A stretch of 64,000 nt of DNA, taken from NCBI RefSeq assembly GCF_988243305.1, contig NZ_OZ547136.1, one strand, 5' to 3'. Made by a program: the position numbers and the translations under genes. Below the pieces are notes generated by a model that saw only the letters and a program-made list of their open reading frames with translations, made no database searches and was not told the origin of the DNA. Below, in pieces: positions 11,373 through 20,719 of the stretch (positions are counted from its first letter, which is position 1; each line of letters starts with the position of its first letter).

Positions 11373-11791
11373 GACAACCTCCTGTATTGGACGTACACCA
11401 GTTCTGATAAATATGAGGCTGTCTCATCATTGATTCAATATAACTATTGGGTATAGTTTCTGTGATTTTGTTCTGTAGAAATGGAACACAACAACCAGTC
11501 ACCACCAGCACTTCTTTAAATACGCCAAGTCCGACGCAAGCTAACCTTCTAGTCCGCTTTGAGCGAGGAGCGGACCAAACCCGGCCAACTGACTCTTAAA
11601 GGGGCCGCAGGAATTTTTCGTCTGAACTTTCGAAGCTCCTCTCCCTGAAGACAGAAAACTTCTGTGTGCTGTGGGAATATTGAATCTTTGCATTAGATAT
11701 AAATAATTTTATCCCGCCTGAAGTTTACATTATTTTATTTATCTGTTTTTCTAAATCAGACTGCACTCCTTACTTAAATCAGGAGCCAGTC

Positions 11792-12991
11792 ATGCCATTT
11801 GTTATTTATGTGTTTACTATCAGTGCCTTTGCGCTCGGACTCGCGGAATTTGTCCCCATTGGGCTGACAGACGTTATGGCTCAGGGGTTGTGTGTGGGTG
11901 TGGAGCAGACCGGGGCAGCGGTTACAACCTATGCACTGGGGGCAACGTTCGCGGCACCCGTACTGTCTGCGCTGACAGCAAGCTGGAGCCGGAAAAATGT
12001 AATGCTTACAACTGCCGTTGTGTTTACTGCCGGTAGTCTGGCGGCCGCGTTTGCAGCCACATTACCTCAGCTCCTGTTAGCGCGGTTCATTGCTGGTCTG
12101 GGACACGGCCTGTTTCTGGCTGCGGCATCCAGTACCGCAGCTCGTCTTGCTGGACCGGGTAAAGCAGGCAGAGCGGTGGCTGTGGTATTTGGTGGCTTTA
12201 CTCTGGCGATGGCAATCGGCGTACCGCTGAGTACATGGTTGGGGGGGGTGGTCTCATGGCGTCCAGTTCTCGGCGCTATTGCCGCTTTTGGCGCGTTCGG
12301 ATTCCTTGGACTGTTGTTCGGTATGAAAGATCCCGTACGCAGCGTGCCCGGTGAACATAGTGACTCAGCAATGCAGAATATCGGCATGCTGTTTAACCGT
12401 AAGTTGCTGGCCGGCGCGCTGGTTACGGTGCTGGCGTATGCAGGCTCGTTTACGGCTTACACCTTTATCGCACCTATTCTGACGCAGGTGACAGGGGTTA
12501 CCGGAGCAAAGGTGAGTCTGTTTATGCTGGTTTACGGTATTACAGCTGCGGTAGGTAATATTCTTGGTGGGAAACTTACCGACAGCATGGGGGTTAATCG
12601 TGCCAATATACTCATCATTAGCGGCATTGTTGTTGTCGTGCTTGGTATGTGGCTGCTGTCATCCTCACCGGTGAGCATGGGCATTCTGGTTGCGCTGCTG
12701 GGTATGGTGACATTTGCCGCAGTGCCGGCACTGCAGGCCCGTCTGATTGGTGTCGCTGAGCAACATGCTCCTCATGCGCATGGTGTTGCTGCCGGCCTGA
12801 ATATTGCGGGCTTCAACTCAGGTATAGCGCTGGGATCAGTACTGGGCAGCATTACTATAAGCCACGCCGGTATCGTGTATACCGGTATCAGCGGTGCGAT
12901 TGTTTCTCTGCTCGGCCTGCTGTTGCTGCTTGCACAAATCCGTCGCAGCCACAGTCGTAAATTTCAACAGGTTAAAATCGTAGGCCAGTAA
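11792..12991 (+). CDS. MFS transporter (12-TM, sugar/drug efflux-like)
   Basis: The 399-aa ORF is uniformly hydrophobic and has MFS_1-like loop motifs (GLGHGLF, GRAVAVVFGG). Confidence 0.85.
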   Translation: MPFVIYVFTISAFALGLAEFVPIGLTDVMAQGLCVGVEQTGAAVTTYALGATFAAPVLSALTASWSRKNVMLTTAVVFTAGSLAAAFAATLPQLLLARFIAGLGHGLFLAAASSTAARLAGPGKAGRAVAVVFGGFTLAMAIGVPLSTWLGGVVSWRPVLGAIAAFGAFGFLGLLFGMKDPVRSVPGEHSDSAMQNIGMLFNRKLLAGALVTVLAYAGSFTAYTFIAPILTQVTGVTGAKVSLFMLVYGITAAVGNILGGKLTDSMGVNRANILIISGIVVVVLGMWLLSSSPVSMGILVALLGMVTFAAVPALQARLIGVAEQHAPHAHGVAAGLNIAGFNSGIALGSVLGSITISHAGIVYTGISGAIVSLLGLLLLLAQIRRSHSRKFQQVKIVGQ

Positions 12992-13002
12992 AGGGAGGTT
13001 AT

Positions 13003-13695
13003 ATGCTTACCCGTGAAAATATGCTTAATGGCACATTTGTCAGGGTGCATGAAGCGCTGCTCCCGGCGAATATGCTCTGGGACGCTGAAAAAATACGCGC
13101 ATCAATGAACTCTACTCTGGAGGAGCGCCCGACGGGTGCTCCTTTCTGGATATTTGCCTACGGGTCATTGATGTGGAATCCCGTGCTGGCAATTGAAGAA
13201 ATGCAACGGGCCCGTCTGAAAGGATGGCAGCGCAGTTTCTGCATTCGTTTGATATCCGGACGAGCGACTCCTGATGTCCCCGGCAGGATGTTATCGCTCG
13301 ACGAAGGTGGAATTACCGAAGGTATTGCGTTCAGACTGCCGGAATCGACTCTTATTAATGAGCTGGAAATTGTCTGGACGCGCGAGATGATAACCGGTCT
13401 TTACCGTCCGGTCTGGGCAGACGTTTCGCTAGGAAACGGTGAGGAAATTCAGGCGCTGGCTTTCGTATCAGACAGACTGCATCCGCATTATGAACAGGAC
13501 AATCTTACAGCGACCGTAGCGTTGAGCATCGCATCTGCCCGTGGAGACATTGGCACGAATGCAGATTATGTATGGAAACTGCAGGCCACTCTGGGTGCGT
13601 TGGGAATACGGGATGATTACGTGAGTGAACTGGCCCTTGCTCTGCATGAGGCTCCCTGTAACGATAAACTTCATCAGCGAGGCGCTTCACTATGA
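13003..13695 (+). CDS. ChaC-family gamma-glutamylcyclotransferase
   Basis: It carries FWIFAYGSLMWNP...PGRMLSL..GG...G.AFRL...REM motifs, as in E. coli ChaC. Confidence 0.8.
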   Translation: MLTRENMLNGTFVRVHEALLPANMLWDAEKIRASMNSTLEERPTGAPFWIFAYGSLMWNPVLAIEEMQRARLKGWQRSFCIRLISGRATPDVPGRMLSLDEGGITEGIAFRLPESTLINELEIVWTREMITGLYRPVWADVSLGNGEEIQALAFVSDRLHPHYEQDNLTATVALSIASARGDIGTNADYVWKLQATLGALGIRDDYVSELALALHEAPCNDKLHQRGASL

Positions 13696-14573
13696 GCCAT
13701 CTGAGCCATCTGCGAACGTTTCTTGAGGCCTATCGCTCTGGCTCCTTTTCAAAGGCGGCAGAACTACTGGGCATCACTCAGCCCGCGGCGTCACAGCATA
13801 TCCAGTCTCTTGAGACTCTGGTTGGTAAGCGTCTGTTTATCAGGCAGGCCAGAGGCGTGACGGCAACCGAAGCTGCGGATGAGCTTGCCCGCTCAGTTTC
13901 ACCCTTCATTGATGGTCTGGAAGAAAAGCTGTCCTCTTTCCGGTCAGGCTCTGTACACGGGGGAACAATTAATCTGGCAGGACCGCCAGATTTTATTCAT
14001 TCCCGGCTTGGGACAGTAATGGCTCCACTAATGAAGGAGGGGTATCGCCTACGCTTTCATACCGGCAATAAGCAACGTATTTATTCCCTTTTGCATGACG
14101 GGAGCGCCGATCTCGCTGTTACCGCATCTATGCCTGATGACCGTCTGTACGGCTATGCACATCTACTGACTGAACGCATGCTCCTTGTTCATGCTCCCGC
14201 CATGTCAGAGATCATCGGATCAGAACCTGGTGCTGAAACGCTTGCCTCATTACCGCTGATTGCTTATGACGAAGAGTTGCCACTGATTAGAGCGCTCTGG
14301 GCCTCCATGTTTCAGAGAGCCCCTGAGATGCAGGCTACATTCACCATTCCGGATTTACGTATTATCCGCGACTTGGTCTGTGACGGCCACGGGTGGACAG
14401 TGCTGCCGGATTATCACTGTGACAATGACCTGAAAAGTGGTCGCCTGATTTCAGTGACACCTGCAGACCTCGCTCCGACTAATCATCTTTATCTGGTCTG
14501 GAACAAAAGGACGGCTAATAACAGCCGAACCGCCTATGTTCGGGATTACATTCTTAAAACGTTTCCGCGTTGA
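13692..14573 (+). CDS. LysR-family transcriptional regulator
   Basis: It has an N-terminal HTH LRTFLEAYRSGSFSKAAELLGITQPAASQHIQSLE, and its 293-aa length is typical of the family. Confidence 0.85.
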   Translation: MSHLSHLRTFLEAYRSGSFSKAAELLGITQPAASQHIQSLETLVGKRLFIRQARGVTATEAADELARSVSPFIDGLEEKLSSFRSGSVHGGTINLAGPPDFIHSRLGTVMAPLMKEGYRLRFHTGNKQRIYSLLHDGSADLAVTASMPDDRLYGYAHLLTERMLLVHAPAMSEIIGSEPGAETLASLPLIAYDEELPLIRALWASMFQRAPEMQATFTIPDLRIIRDLVCDGHGWTVLPDYHCDNDLKSGRLISVTPADLAPTNHLYLVWNKRTANNSRTAYVRDYILKTFPR

Positions 14574-14703
14574 TGTTTGAAACGGATGATTGGCGATGTG
14601 TATCATAAGTTACGTATGTCCGCTTCTGGCACAAAGCAGACGCCCACTCTCACGCGAATGCTTTGCCCTTGACTTGCCAACAACCGTATCGCTTGCTCCG
14701 CAA

Positions 14704-15996
14704 CTATGGTTTTTTATTAGAACCTTCGCCACTAAATAAATTATAATAAATTGATTTTATTAGATATCTGTCAGAATCTATATGGTCAGCACGAGTAGCA
14801 TGCTCTAATGTTTCAAATGCTAGGGTTTGTGCGGCTTCAGCAAAAATTCCAGGCCAACCCTTACTCAGCATCGACAGTCCTTTAAGTACCCTTATCTGAA
14901 TTTCCCTCATACTGGCACCATCGCGCGCAACAGGTGAGAAAAAGTCTTCAAGTAGATCGTTATTCTGAAGTGGTGCAACATGTACAGAAGGATATTTCAC
15001 TTCTATTTCATCAGATTTATTCTGCGCGTAAGCGGAAAGTATACGTACACCTCTGCCAATGACATCAATGGCGGTTCCAGGATCGTTCACTGCGGGGGAA
15101 AGGGCTCGGCAGGCTATTTCGGCCATGACGCTAAGACAAAATCGGGGGTCCTGAGCAAATGAACGTACATCCGAGACAATAATCGTCTCAAGTAAATCGG
15201 TGCTGATTGATGACTCCTGGCCCTGACTCAGGTACAAAACTGGCGTGGACGGATGTATGAAACTGCCCGGCTGCGCCACGAGGTATACATGACGGGGATC
15301 ATTGGTCAGCAGCTTGCTGAGTTTCACCATATCAACATATTCAACATAGCCAATCTTTTTCGGATAAACTGCAACCGTTCCTTTCGGCTGTTCATTGTTC
15401 TCAAGCCATGGATATCCGCCGAGACAGGGATTTCTTGCTCTCGCAATAAATGTTTCGATGGCCGCCTGTTCTACTTTTGCCGTTGTCTCACCAACCCTCC
15501 CCAGAGAGGTCAAATGCTGTATCCAGCGAAGCAATGTGATGAGGATTAAGGCAATGACAACCAGTGTTACAATGAATAAAATGACTCTCCCCCTTTCTCC
15601 ATAAGCTCCCATATTGAGGGCAATAATCCCTACCAGACTGAAGAGAAAAGAACCGATGAAGGTGGCCAGTACATTTTGTGTGGTGACGTCTTCAACAACT
15701 AAACGAGTAGCTCTGGGAGTCACATTAGTAGTGGCTGAACCGTAGGCTGTGACCATGATGCTCAGCGAAAATGTGGTCACTGCCAGCATACTCGATGCCA
15801 GTATGTTCAGAATGTTATCGACTGCTTCCGCACCAACCTTCACGGAAACCGACTCAGGTATCATTGATTTAAAAAGAATTGATAAAAGGGCCGTTATTAT
15901 TGCGACAATTGCGAATAACGTTGCCCTGAACCATAGTTTTTTAAATGTCTGCTTCAGCATCCATTTCCAGCGTGAAATCATTCTGCATTCCCTCAT
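14704..15996 (-). CDS. DUF2254-family membrane protein
   Basis: It has four N-terminal TM helices followed by a soluble domain. The start could be the internal MISRWKW (15981). Confidence 0.7.
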   Translation of the reverse strand: MRECRMISRWKWMLKQTFKKLWFRATLFAIVAIITALLSILFKSMIPESVSVKVGAEAVDNILNILASSMLAVTTFSLSIMVTAYGSATTNVTPRATRLVVEDVTTQNVLATFIGSFLFSLVGIIALNMGAYGERGRVILFIVTLVVIALILITLLRWIQHLTSLGRVGETTAKVEQAAIETFIARARNPCLGGYPWLENNEQPKGTVAVYPKKIGYVEYVDMVKLSKLLTNDPRHVYLVAQPGSFIHPSTPVLYLSQGQESSISTDLLETIIVSDVRSFAQDPRFCLSVMAEIACRALSPAVNDPGTAIDVIGRGVRILSAYAQNKSDEIEVKYPSVHVAPLQNNDLLEDFFSPVARDGASMREIQIRVLKGLSMLSKGWPGIFAEAAQTLAFETLEHATRADHIDSDRYLIKSIYYNLFSGEGSNKKP

Positions 15997-16044
15997 ATTG
16001 CAGCCGGGATAAATAAATGCCGCCTCTGTGGCGGCATGTTGCTG

Positions 16045-18048
16045 TTAACGAACCAGATGCAGGAAGTGCAGGTGTTTTTCGTACTGGTCCAGTATGTCAT
16101 TAATCAGCTGTTCCTGATTCCAGCCCATTACATCATAATTTTGGCCGCCCTCTTTGAGATAGACTTCAGCGCGATAATATCGATGTTGTTCACTCTGCTG
16201 CTCATCATTATCCAGCGCAGCGAGCGCGAAGGTCGGTGAGTTATACCCGCGAAGCCTCACTTCATATATATAATTCAGCTCGTTGCCCAAATCGACTTCA
16301 AGGCGAATACGATCCTCGGCGGCGTCACTGATGTGGCTTATCGTTCCCTGCTTGTTAAGTTCCTCCTGAACCAGCGTCATGGCGGGTTGGATAATGTCGT
16401 CCATAAAACGTTTCACAAGAGAGCGCTTCGGCAAATACGCGATATTGCGTAACCTTCTCTGCCAGGGAATTGGGTTACGTGCAGCCGTAGGAGCAATAGT
16501 CGCCATGCTAAGGCTTTCACGCTTGGTCAAATCCCGACGCAGGGCTTTTAACAGTCCGTATATGGATATTAATAAGATAACTGAGAAGGGCAATGCACTC
16601 GCTATCGTTACGGTTTGCAACGCACTCAGCCCCCCTGCGATCAGCAGGGCAATAGCAACAACGCCCATGAGCGATGCCCAGAAAATTCGCTGCCAGACGG
16701 GCGTGTTTGCCACCCCACCTGATGCCAGAGTATCCACAACCATTGCCCCCGAATCAGCAGACGTTACAAAGAAGACGATGACCATCGCCATTGCAATGAA
16801 TGACAGCACGGAAGAGAACGGGAAATGCTCCAGGAAATTAAACAGGGCAAGCGCAACATCCTGCTGAACGGTATTGGCGAGGTCAGTGGCGCCCTGGTTC
16901 ATGATGAGATAGATGGCGCTGTTTCCAAACACCGTCATCCACATGAGCGTAAAGCCGGCGGGAACAAACAACACGCCAGTCACGAACTCACGAATTGTCC
17001 TGCCGCGGGAAACGCGTGCAATGAACATACCTACAAACGGCGACCATGAAAGCCACCATCCCCAGTATAATAATGTCCAGCCCCCCAGCCAGTTGCTCGA
17101 CTTGGGTTCATACGCGTAAAGGTTGAACGTTTTACTCACCAGTTCCGACAGATAACCACCCGTATTTTCCACAAATGACTTCAGCAGAAGCACAGTGGGA
17201 CCCAGGCACAAGACCAGCGCCAGGAGCAACACCGCCAGGCCCAGATTAAGCTCAGACAGGATGCGTATTCCCTTGTCCAGGCCGGACACCACCGAAATCG
17301 TCGCTAACCCCGTGATGACCACGATCAAAATGACCTGTACCGTTTCATTGATGGGCACGCCGAAAAGATGGTTCAAACCGGCATTCACCTGCAATACACC
17401 GTAACCCAGTGATGTTGCAACGCCAAAGACAGTGCCTATCACGGCGAAGATATCAACCGCGTGGCCTATAGGCCCGTAAATGCGATCGCCGATAATGGGA
17501 TAGAGCGCAGAACGCAGCGTTAAAGGCAGACCGTGACGGTAACTGAAAAAGGCCAGAATCAGCGCCACGATGGCATAAATTGCCCATGCGTGCAGACCCC
17601 AGTGGAAGAACGTCAGGCGCATGGCTTCCTTCGCTGCCGCAACGGTCTCTGGAGTGCCGACAGGTGGCGAAAGATAATGCATCACAGGTTCGGCAACGCC
17701 AAAGAACATCAGGCCGATCCCCATCCCTGCCGAAAAAAGCATCGCGAACCAGGAGTGGTAGCTGAAATCAGGCTGCGCATGGTCTGGGCCCAGCTTTATA
17801 TCACCGTAACGTGAGAGTCCAAGGAACGTGACGCTCAGTAAAATCAGGGCCACAGCAAGTATGTAGAACCAGCTGGCATTCGTGAAGATTTGTTGCTGAA
17901 GTAGTTTAAAATTTTTGTCGGCGACATCCGGGAATACGGCGGCAAAGGCGACAAGAAGGAAAATTAGCAAAGCAGATGTAAAGAATACCGCTTTGTTAAT
18001 CTGGCTTGTAGACTTCTTTGGGGTTGTATCATTTTCACTCATAATCAT
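16045..18048 (-). CDS. BCCT-family transporter (BetT/choline-betaine-carnitine type)
   Basis: The 667-aa ORF carries the BCCT signature WTLLYWGWWLSWSPFVGMFIARVSRGRTIREF and a long cytoplasmic C-terminal extension, as in BetT. Confidence 0.85.
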   Translation of the reverse strand: MIMSENDTTPKKSTSQINKAVFFTSALLIFLLVAFAAVFPDVADKNFKLLQQQIFTNASWFYILAVALILLSVTFLGLSRYGDIKLGPDHAQPDFSYHSWFAMLFSAGMGIGLMFFGVAEPVMHYLSPPVGTPETVAAAKEAMRLTFFHWGLHAWAIYAIVALILAFFSYRHGLPLTLRSALYPIIGDRIYGPIGHAVDIFAVIGTVFGVATSLGYGVLQVNAGLNHLFGVPINETVQVILIVVITGLATISVVSGLDKGIRILSELNLGLAVLLLALVLCLGPTVLLLKSFVENTGGYLSELVSKTFNLYAYEPKSSNWLGGWTLLYWGWWLSWSPFVGMFIARVSRGRTIREFVTGVLFVPAGFTLMWMTVFGNSAIYLIMNQGATDLANTVQQDVALALFNFLEHFPFSSVLSFIAMAMVIVFFVTSADSGAMVVDTLASGGVANTPVWQRIFWASLMGVVAIALLIAGGLSALQTVTIASALPFSVILLISIYGLLKALRRDLTKRESLSMATIAPTAARNPIPWQRRLRNIAYLPKRSLVKRFMDDIIQPAMTLVQEELNKQGTISHISDAAEDRIRLEVDLGNELNYIYEVRLRGYNSPTFALAALDNDEQQSEQHRYYRAEVYLKEGGQNYDVMGWNQEQLINDILDQYEKHLHFLHLVR

Positions 18049-18382
18049 TTATTCCATTAATTAAATCCGCACTGGATAGAAGGTACTACCTCTCACAGAG
18101 TAGCAAAGTTCAACTGGCTATGCGGGGTTAATCGGAATGCATGGTGGAATGAGTGCCGATACAAATCATCCTATATTCTAAGGAGTTTTAAGTTACTCAG
18201 CCTGCCAATTACTGGGGCATTTAATTTGTATGATCTGTATCAAAGCTGGGATATAAGTTAAGTGAAGTATATTAGGCACGAATTACCAGCGTCTGCTCTT
18301 GGCACAAAGCGGACAACCACGCTAGCTCTACCCTGTGCCACAAAATGTCAATTTGCATCTGAACTAATGCACTTTAATCTCG

Positions 18383-18805
18383 TCACTTCAATAAATACCG
18401 AACATCCCCCTGATAAAACGACAATATGCGCTGCATAACTTCGCTCTTCCGGCACTCGCGACAGATTATGTTTAGGCGACTGTCGTAGCGACGTATTTCT
18501 CCGTCAGGTAATGACCAGATAAGGTCCGGATCAACCACAACCGGTTTCTTCAGCTTTGCCCTCGATAATTTTTTGCGGGCATTTTGCCAGTCTTTACGAG
18601 CCTGTTCAGACGGGAATAACCCGTAGCCAGAATTGTATACATCGCCACTGGCAACCAGCTCTCTGGCCAGAACGCTCATCAGATATCTTGTTGCCCCAGT
18701 TTTAGCTTCCAGTTGTCGTAACGTCTCGCGCCCACTCTGGCGTACGAGTTCAAGAACCTGCCCTTTAATTTTTTCCCGCTCTTCTTGTGTAAAAACTTTT
18801 GCCAC
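18383..18805 (-). CDS. Hypothetical protein, possibly winged-helix (140 aa), downstream of the replication organiser
   Basis: The ORF has no recognisable family. It sits where a helicase loader (P/DnaC-like) would normally be but does not resemble one. Confidence 0.4.
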   Translation of the reverse strand: MAKVFTQEEREKIKGQVLELVRQSGRETLRQLEAKTGATRYLMSVLARELVASGDVYNSGYGLFPSEQARKDWQNARKKLSRAKLKKPVVVDPDLIWSLPDGEIRRYDSRLNIICRECRKSEVMQRILSFYQGDVRYLLK

Positions 18806-18845
18806 AAGCCCTCCTGAAAATTACCTCATGACCAGAAATTAACAC

Positions 18846-19934
18846 TTACCCCCTGAAGCCCGGCGGAATTTCGTTATCCGGTTCAGAAATATGATTCACA
18901 CAACGCTGGTTGTTCGTGCCGCTTACCTGGAGCAACCAGGGGTTCTCAAAATTCCGGTCCGGTCCAAAAAACGTCGTCGCTCGCTGAACAAATTCCGTTC
19001 CCGTTTTCCCGGTAGCCGCCAAGTATCTTGCGTAACGCCTCACGCCATCCAGCATGGCCTCTGGTGGCACCCCCTCGCGTAATCTGGCCTTCCAGGCACT
19101 GAAAGCGGATTTCTTCGGGTTTGCCCCAGCACGCAACGGGTACTCCCGCCAGACCTGTTCGAACACATCCGGATAATCCACTCGTCCCACAGACTGCCCG
19201 GTGTTTTCCGGGACTACCCGATCGGCTTCCCGCTGAATGGCGGAATCGGCTTCAGGCTGCTGCAGTTGGTGTGATTGCTCCGCCCTTGCGGTCATCACCT
19301 GCTGCACAGCGCCCGAATCGGCTTTCAGCGCATACGCTGAATCGGCTTCCGGTGTCGTGCCTGCTGGCTGACCAAGATTGACGGTCTGAACATCCCCTGC
19401 CTGGTTCGTGGCGTTTTTTACGCCATGGACCATAGTGTTTTGATCTTCTTGATCTGTATCTTTATCTGTATCTTTATCTGTATCTTTATCTGTCGTGACT
19501 CGTCGTGACATGTGCGTGACATTTCGTGACGCGCCGTGACAATCGCCATTTTGTTCCCGCTTTCTTTCCCTCTCTCGCTGCGCCCTCTTGCGCTCTGCAG
19601 GAGATTTTGCGGTTTGCGAAATATTGCCGTTGTCCTCTTTAAGCACCTGGCGTTTTTCCCATCCAGTGATTAAATCACCATCAAGTACCCGCCCCTGCAT
19701 CGTCTGCAAAATTGAATCAATTACCTCTTCTGTCACGTCGAGCGCACTTGCCAAATCTTCTGTCGTGACATCAATGTGACCTCGCGTGACATTTCGTGAC
19801 GCGCTCACCAGGAGGTGGATATACACTGCCATCACTGTTGCAATTGGCTGCCCTGACACCCTGGCAATTGTTCGCCACTTAGGGTCATTTGGCATGTCAT
19901 GCCATAATCTGAGCCAGGCGTTAGCCATACTCAC
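18846..19934 (-). CDS. Replication initiator / replisome-organiser protein (O-like)
   Basis: The N-terminus MSMANAWLRLWHDMPNDPKWRTIA... is typical of phage replisome organisers. The C-terminus ...FEQVWREYPLRAGANPKKSAFSAWKARL... is a DnaT/phage-C-terminus type. The gene contains internal iterons. Confidence 0.7.
   Translation of the reverse strand: MSMANAWLRLWHDMPNDPKWRTIARVSGQPIATVMAVYIHLLVSASRNVTRGHIDVTTEDLASALDVTEEVIDSILQTMQGRVLDGDLITGWEKRQVLKEDNGNISQTAKSPAERKRAQRERERKREQNGDCHGASRNVTHMSRRVTTDKDTDKDTDKDTDQEDQNTMVHGVKNATNQAGDVQTVNLGQPAGTTPEADSAYALKADSGAVQQVMTARAEQSHQLQQPEADSAIQREADRVVPENTGQSVGRVDYPDVFEQVWREYPLRAGANPKKSAFSAWKARLREGVPPEAMLDGVRRYARYLAATGKTGTEFVQRATTFFGPDRNFENPWLLQVSGTNNQRCVNHISEPDNEIPPGFRG
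19452..19493. repeat. 12-bp tandem repeat ATCTGTATCTTT x3.5 inside the replication gene
   Basis: I read it directly from the sequence. It encodes the (DKDT)n linker TTDKDTDKDTDKDTDQ. Confidence 0.95.
19494..19540. repeat. Origin-like iterons: five CGTGAC at a 10-11 bp period
   Basis: CGTGAC occurs at 19494, 19504, 19515, 19525 and 19535. The 21-mer GCGTGACATTTCGTGACGCGC (19514-19534) recurs exactly at 19784-19804. Confidence 0.8.
19764..19804. repeat. Second iteron cluster (four (C/T)GTGAC at a 10-11 bp period)
   Basis: Sites occur at 19764, 19775, 19785 and 19795. An inverted GTCACG lies at 19732. Confidence 0.8.
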
Positions 19935-19999
19935 CTCTTTTGATACCGAATCTTTTTACTCACAAATTGCCGGAAGTGATCCGGTATGAATATTGCGAG

Positions 20000-20425
20000 T
20001 CAATGCACAGCCACAATATTTCCTGCAGGGCCACCACGATTCATCTGGTTGAAACCAGCGATCGCCACTGCGACAAAATCATCAGCGTCTCTCACCAGTC
20101 GTTCCCGCGTCTCCACTAGTTCCCGAAAATAGGCTGAGCTATGGCTGCGCATTCGGGCCACCAGCAGAGGTGGCATTGCTTTTTCGATAGCTGGTAACAA
20201 CGCCTGAATTTTTTCAACTGCATCAGGGGTGTCTTTCTCTACCCAGCGGAAAATTTTCTGGGTATTGCGAGCCAGGGCTTCCGGATGGCTGTCGTCATAC
20301 AGTTCTGGGAACGTCATACCCAGTTCAAAATAAGCCCTGGTTATTTCAGCTGCCGGAACTTTTTCACCGTCCGGATGCGCCCAGGCATTCATCGCCATGC
20401 GGATGTGTTCATGCTTGATTTTCAT
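20000..20425 (-). CDS. YdaT-family protein (CII-position regulator)
   Basis: It begins MKIKHEHI and ends ..VAVH, like Rac YdaT (140 aa) as I recall it. It lies directly downstream of the cro-like gene. Confidence 0.65.
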   Translation of the reverse strand: MKIKHEHIRMAMNAWAHPDGEKVPAAEITRAYFELGMTFPELYDDSHPEALARNTQKIFRWVEKDTPDAVEKIQALLPAIEKAMPPLLVARMRSHSSAYFRELVETRERLVRDADDFVAVAIAGFNQMNRGGPAGNIVAVH

Positions 20426-20690
20426 GAATCAAGCTCCTAGAAAGTGGTTGTGTTAACATTTTGGTATCTTCCAGCTCGGGCCAAATATTCATCCAATCAA
20501 AAGGCCTTAGTTGCTGACGTGTAACTTCACCATTACTGGCTCGCTCAATAAGGACACATAACGATGCCCCTAACACTTGACCTTTACTCAATGCCTTTCT
20601 TAGATAACCGATGCTGGTACCACACTCGCATGCAAACATACGCTGTTCATCTGACGAAAGAGAATTGAGAAATATTCTTAATTCTTCCAT
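20409..20690 (-). CDS. Cro-like HTH regulator
   Basis: The 93-aa ORF has an HTH segment (CGTSIGYLRKALSKGQVLGASL). It is divergent from the repressor gene across the operator region. Confidence 0.6.
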   Translation of the reverse strand: MEELRIFLNSLSSDEQRMFACECGTSIGYLRKALSKGQVLGASLCVLIERASNGEVTRQQLRPFDWMNIWPELEDTKMLTQPLSRSLIHENQA

Positions 20691-20719
20691 AGCTACTCCT
20701 TAGTAAACACAGCAAAGAA

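Noticed and set aside
11287-11511. 74-aa Cys-rich ORF (..CASYCGCNGNLLSCCCSYGSPF)
   Set aside because: It has no SD, an implausible composition, and lies in an intergenic junction. A different frame of the same DNA gives the better-supported 29-aa peptide.
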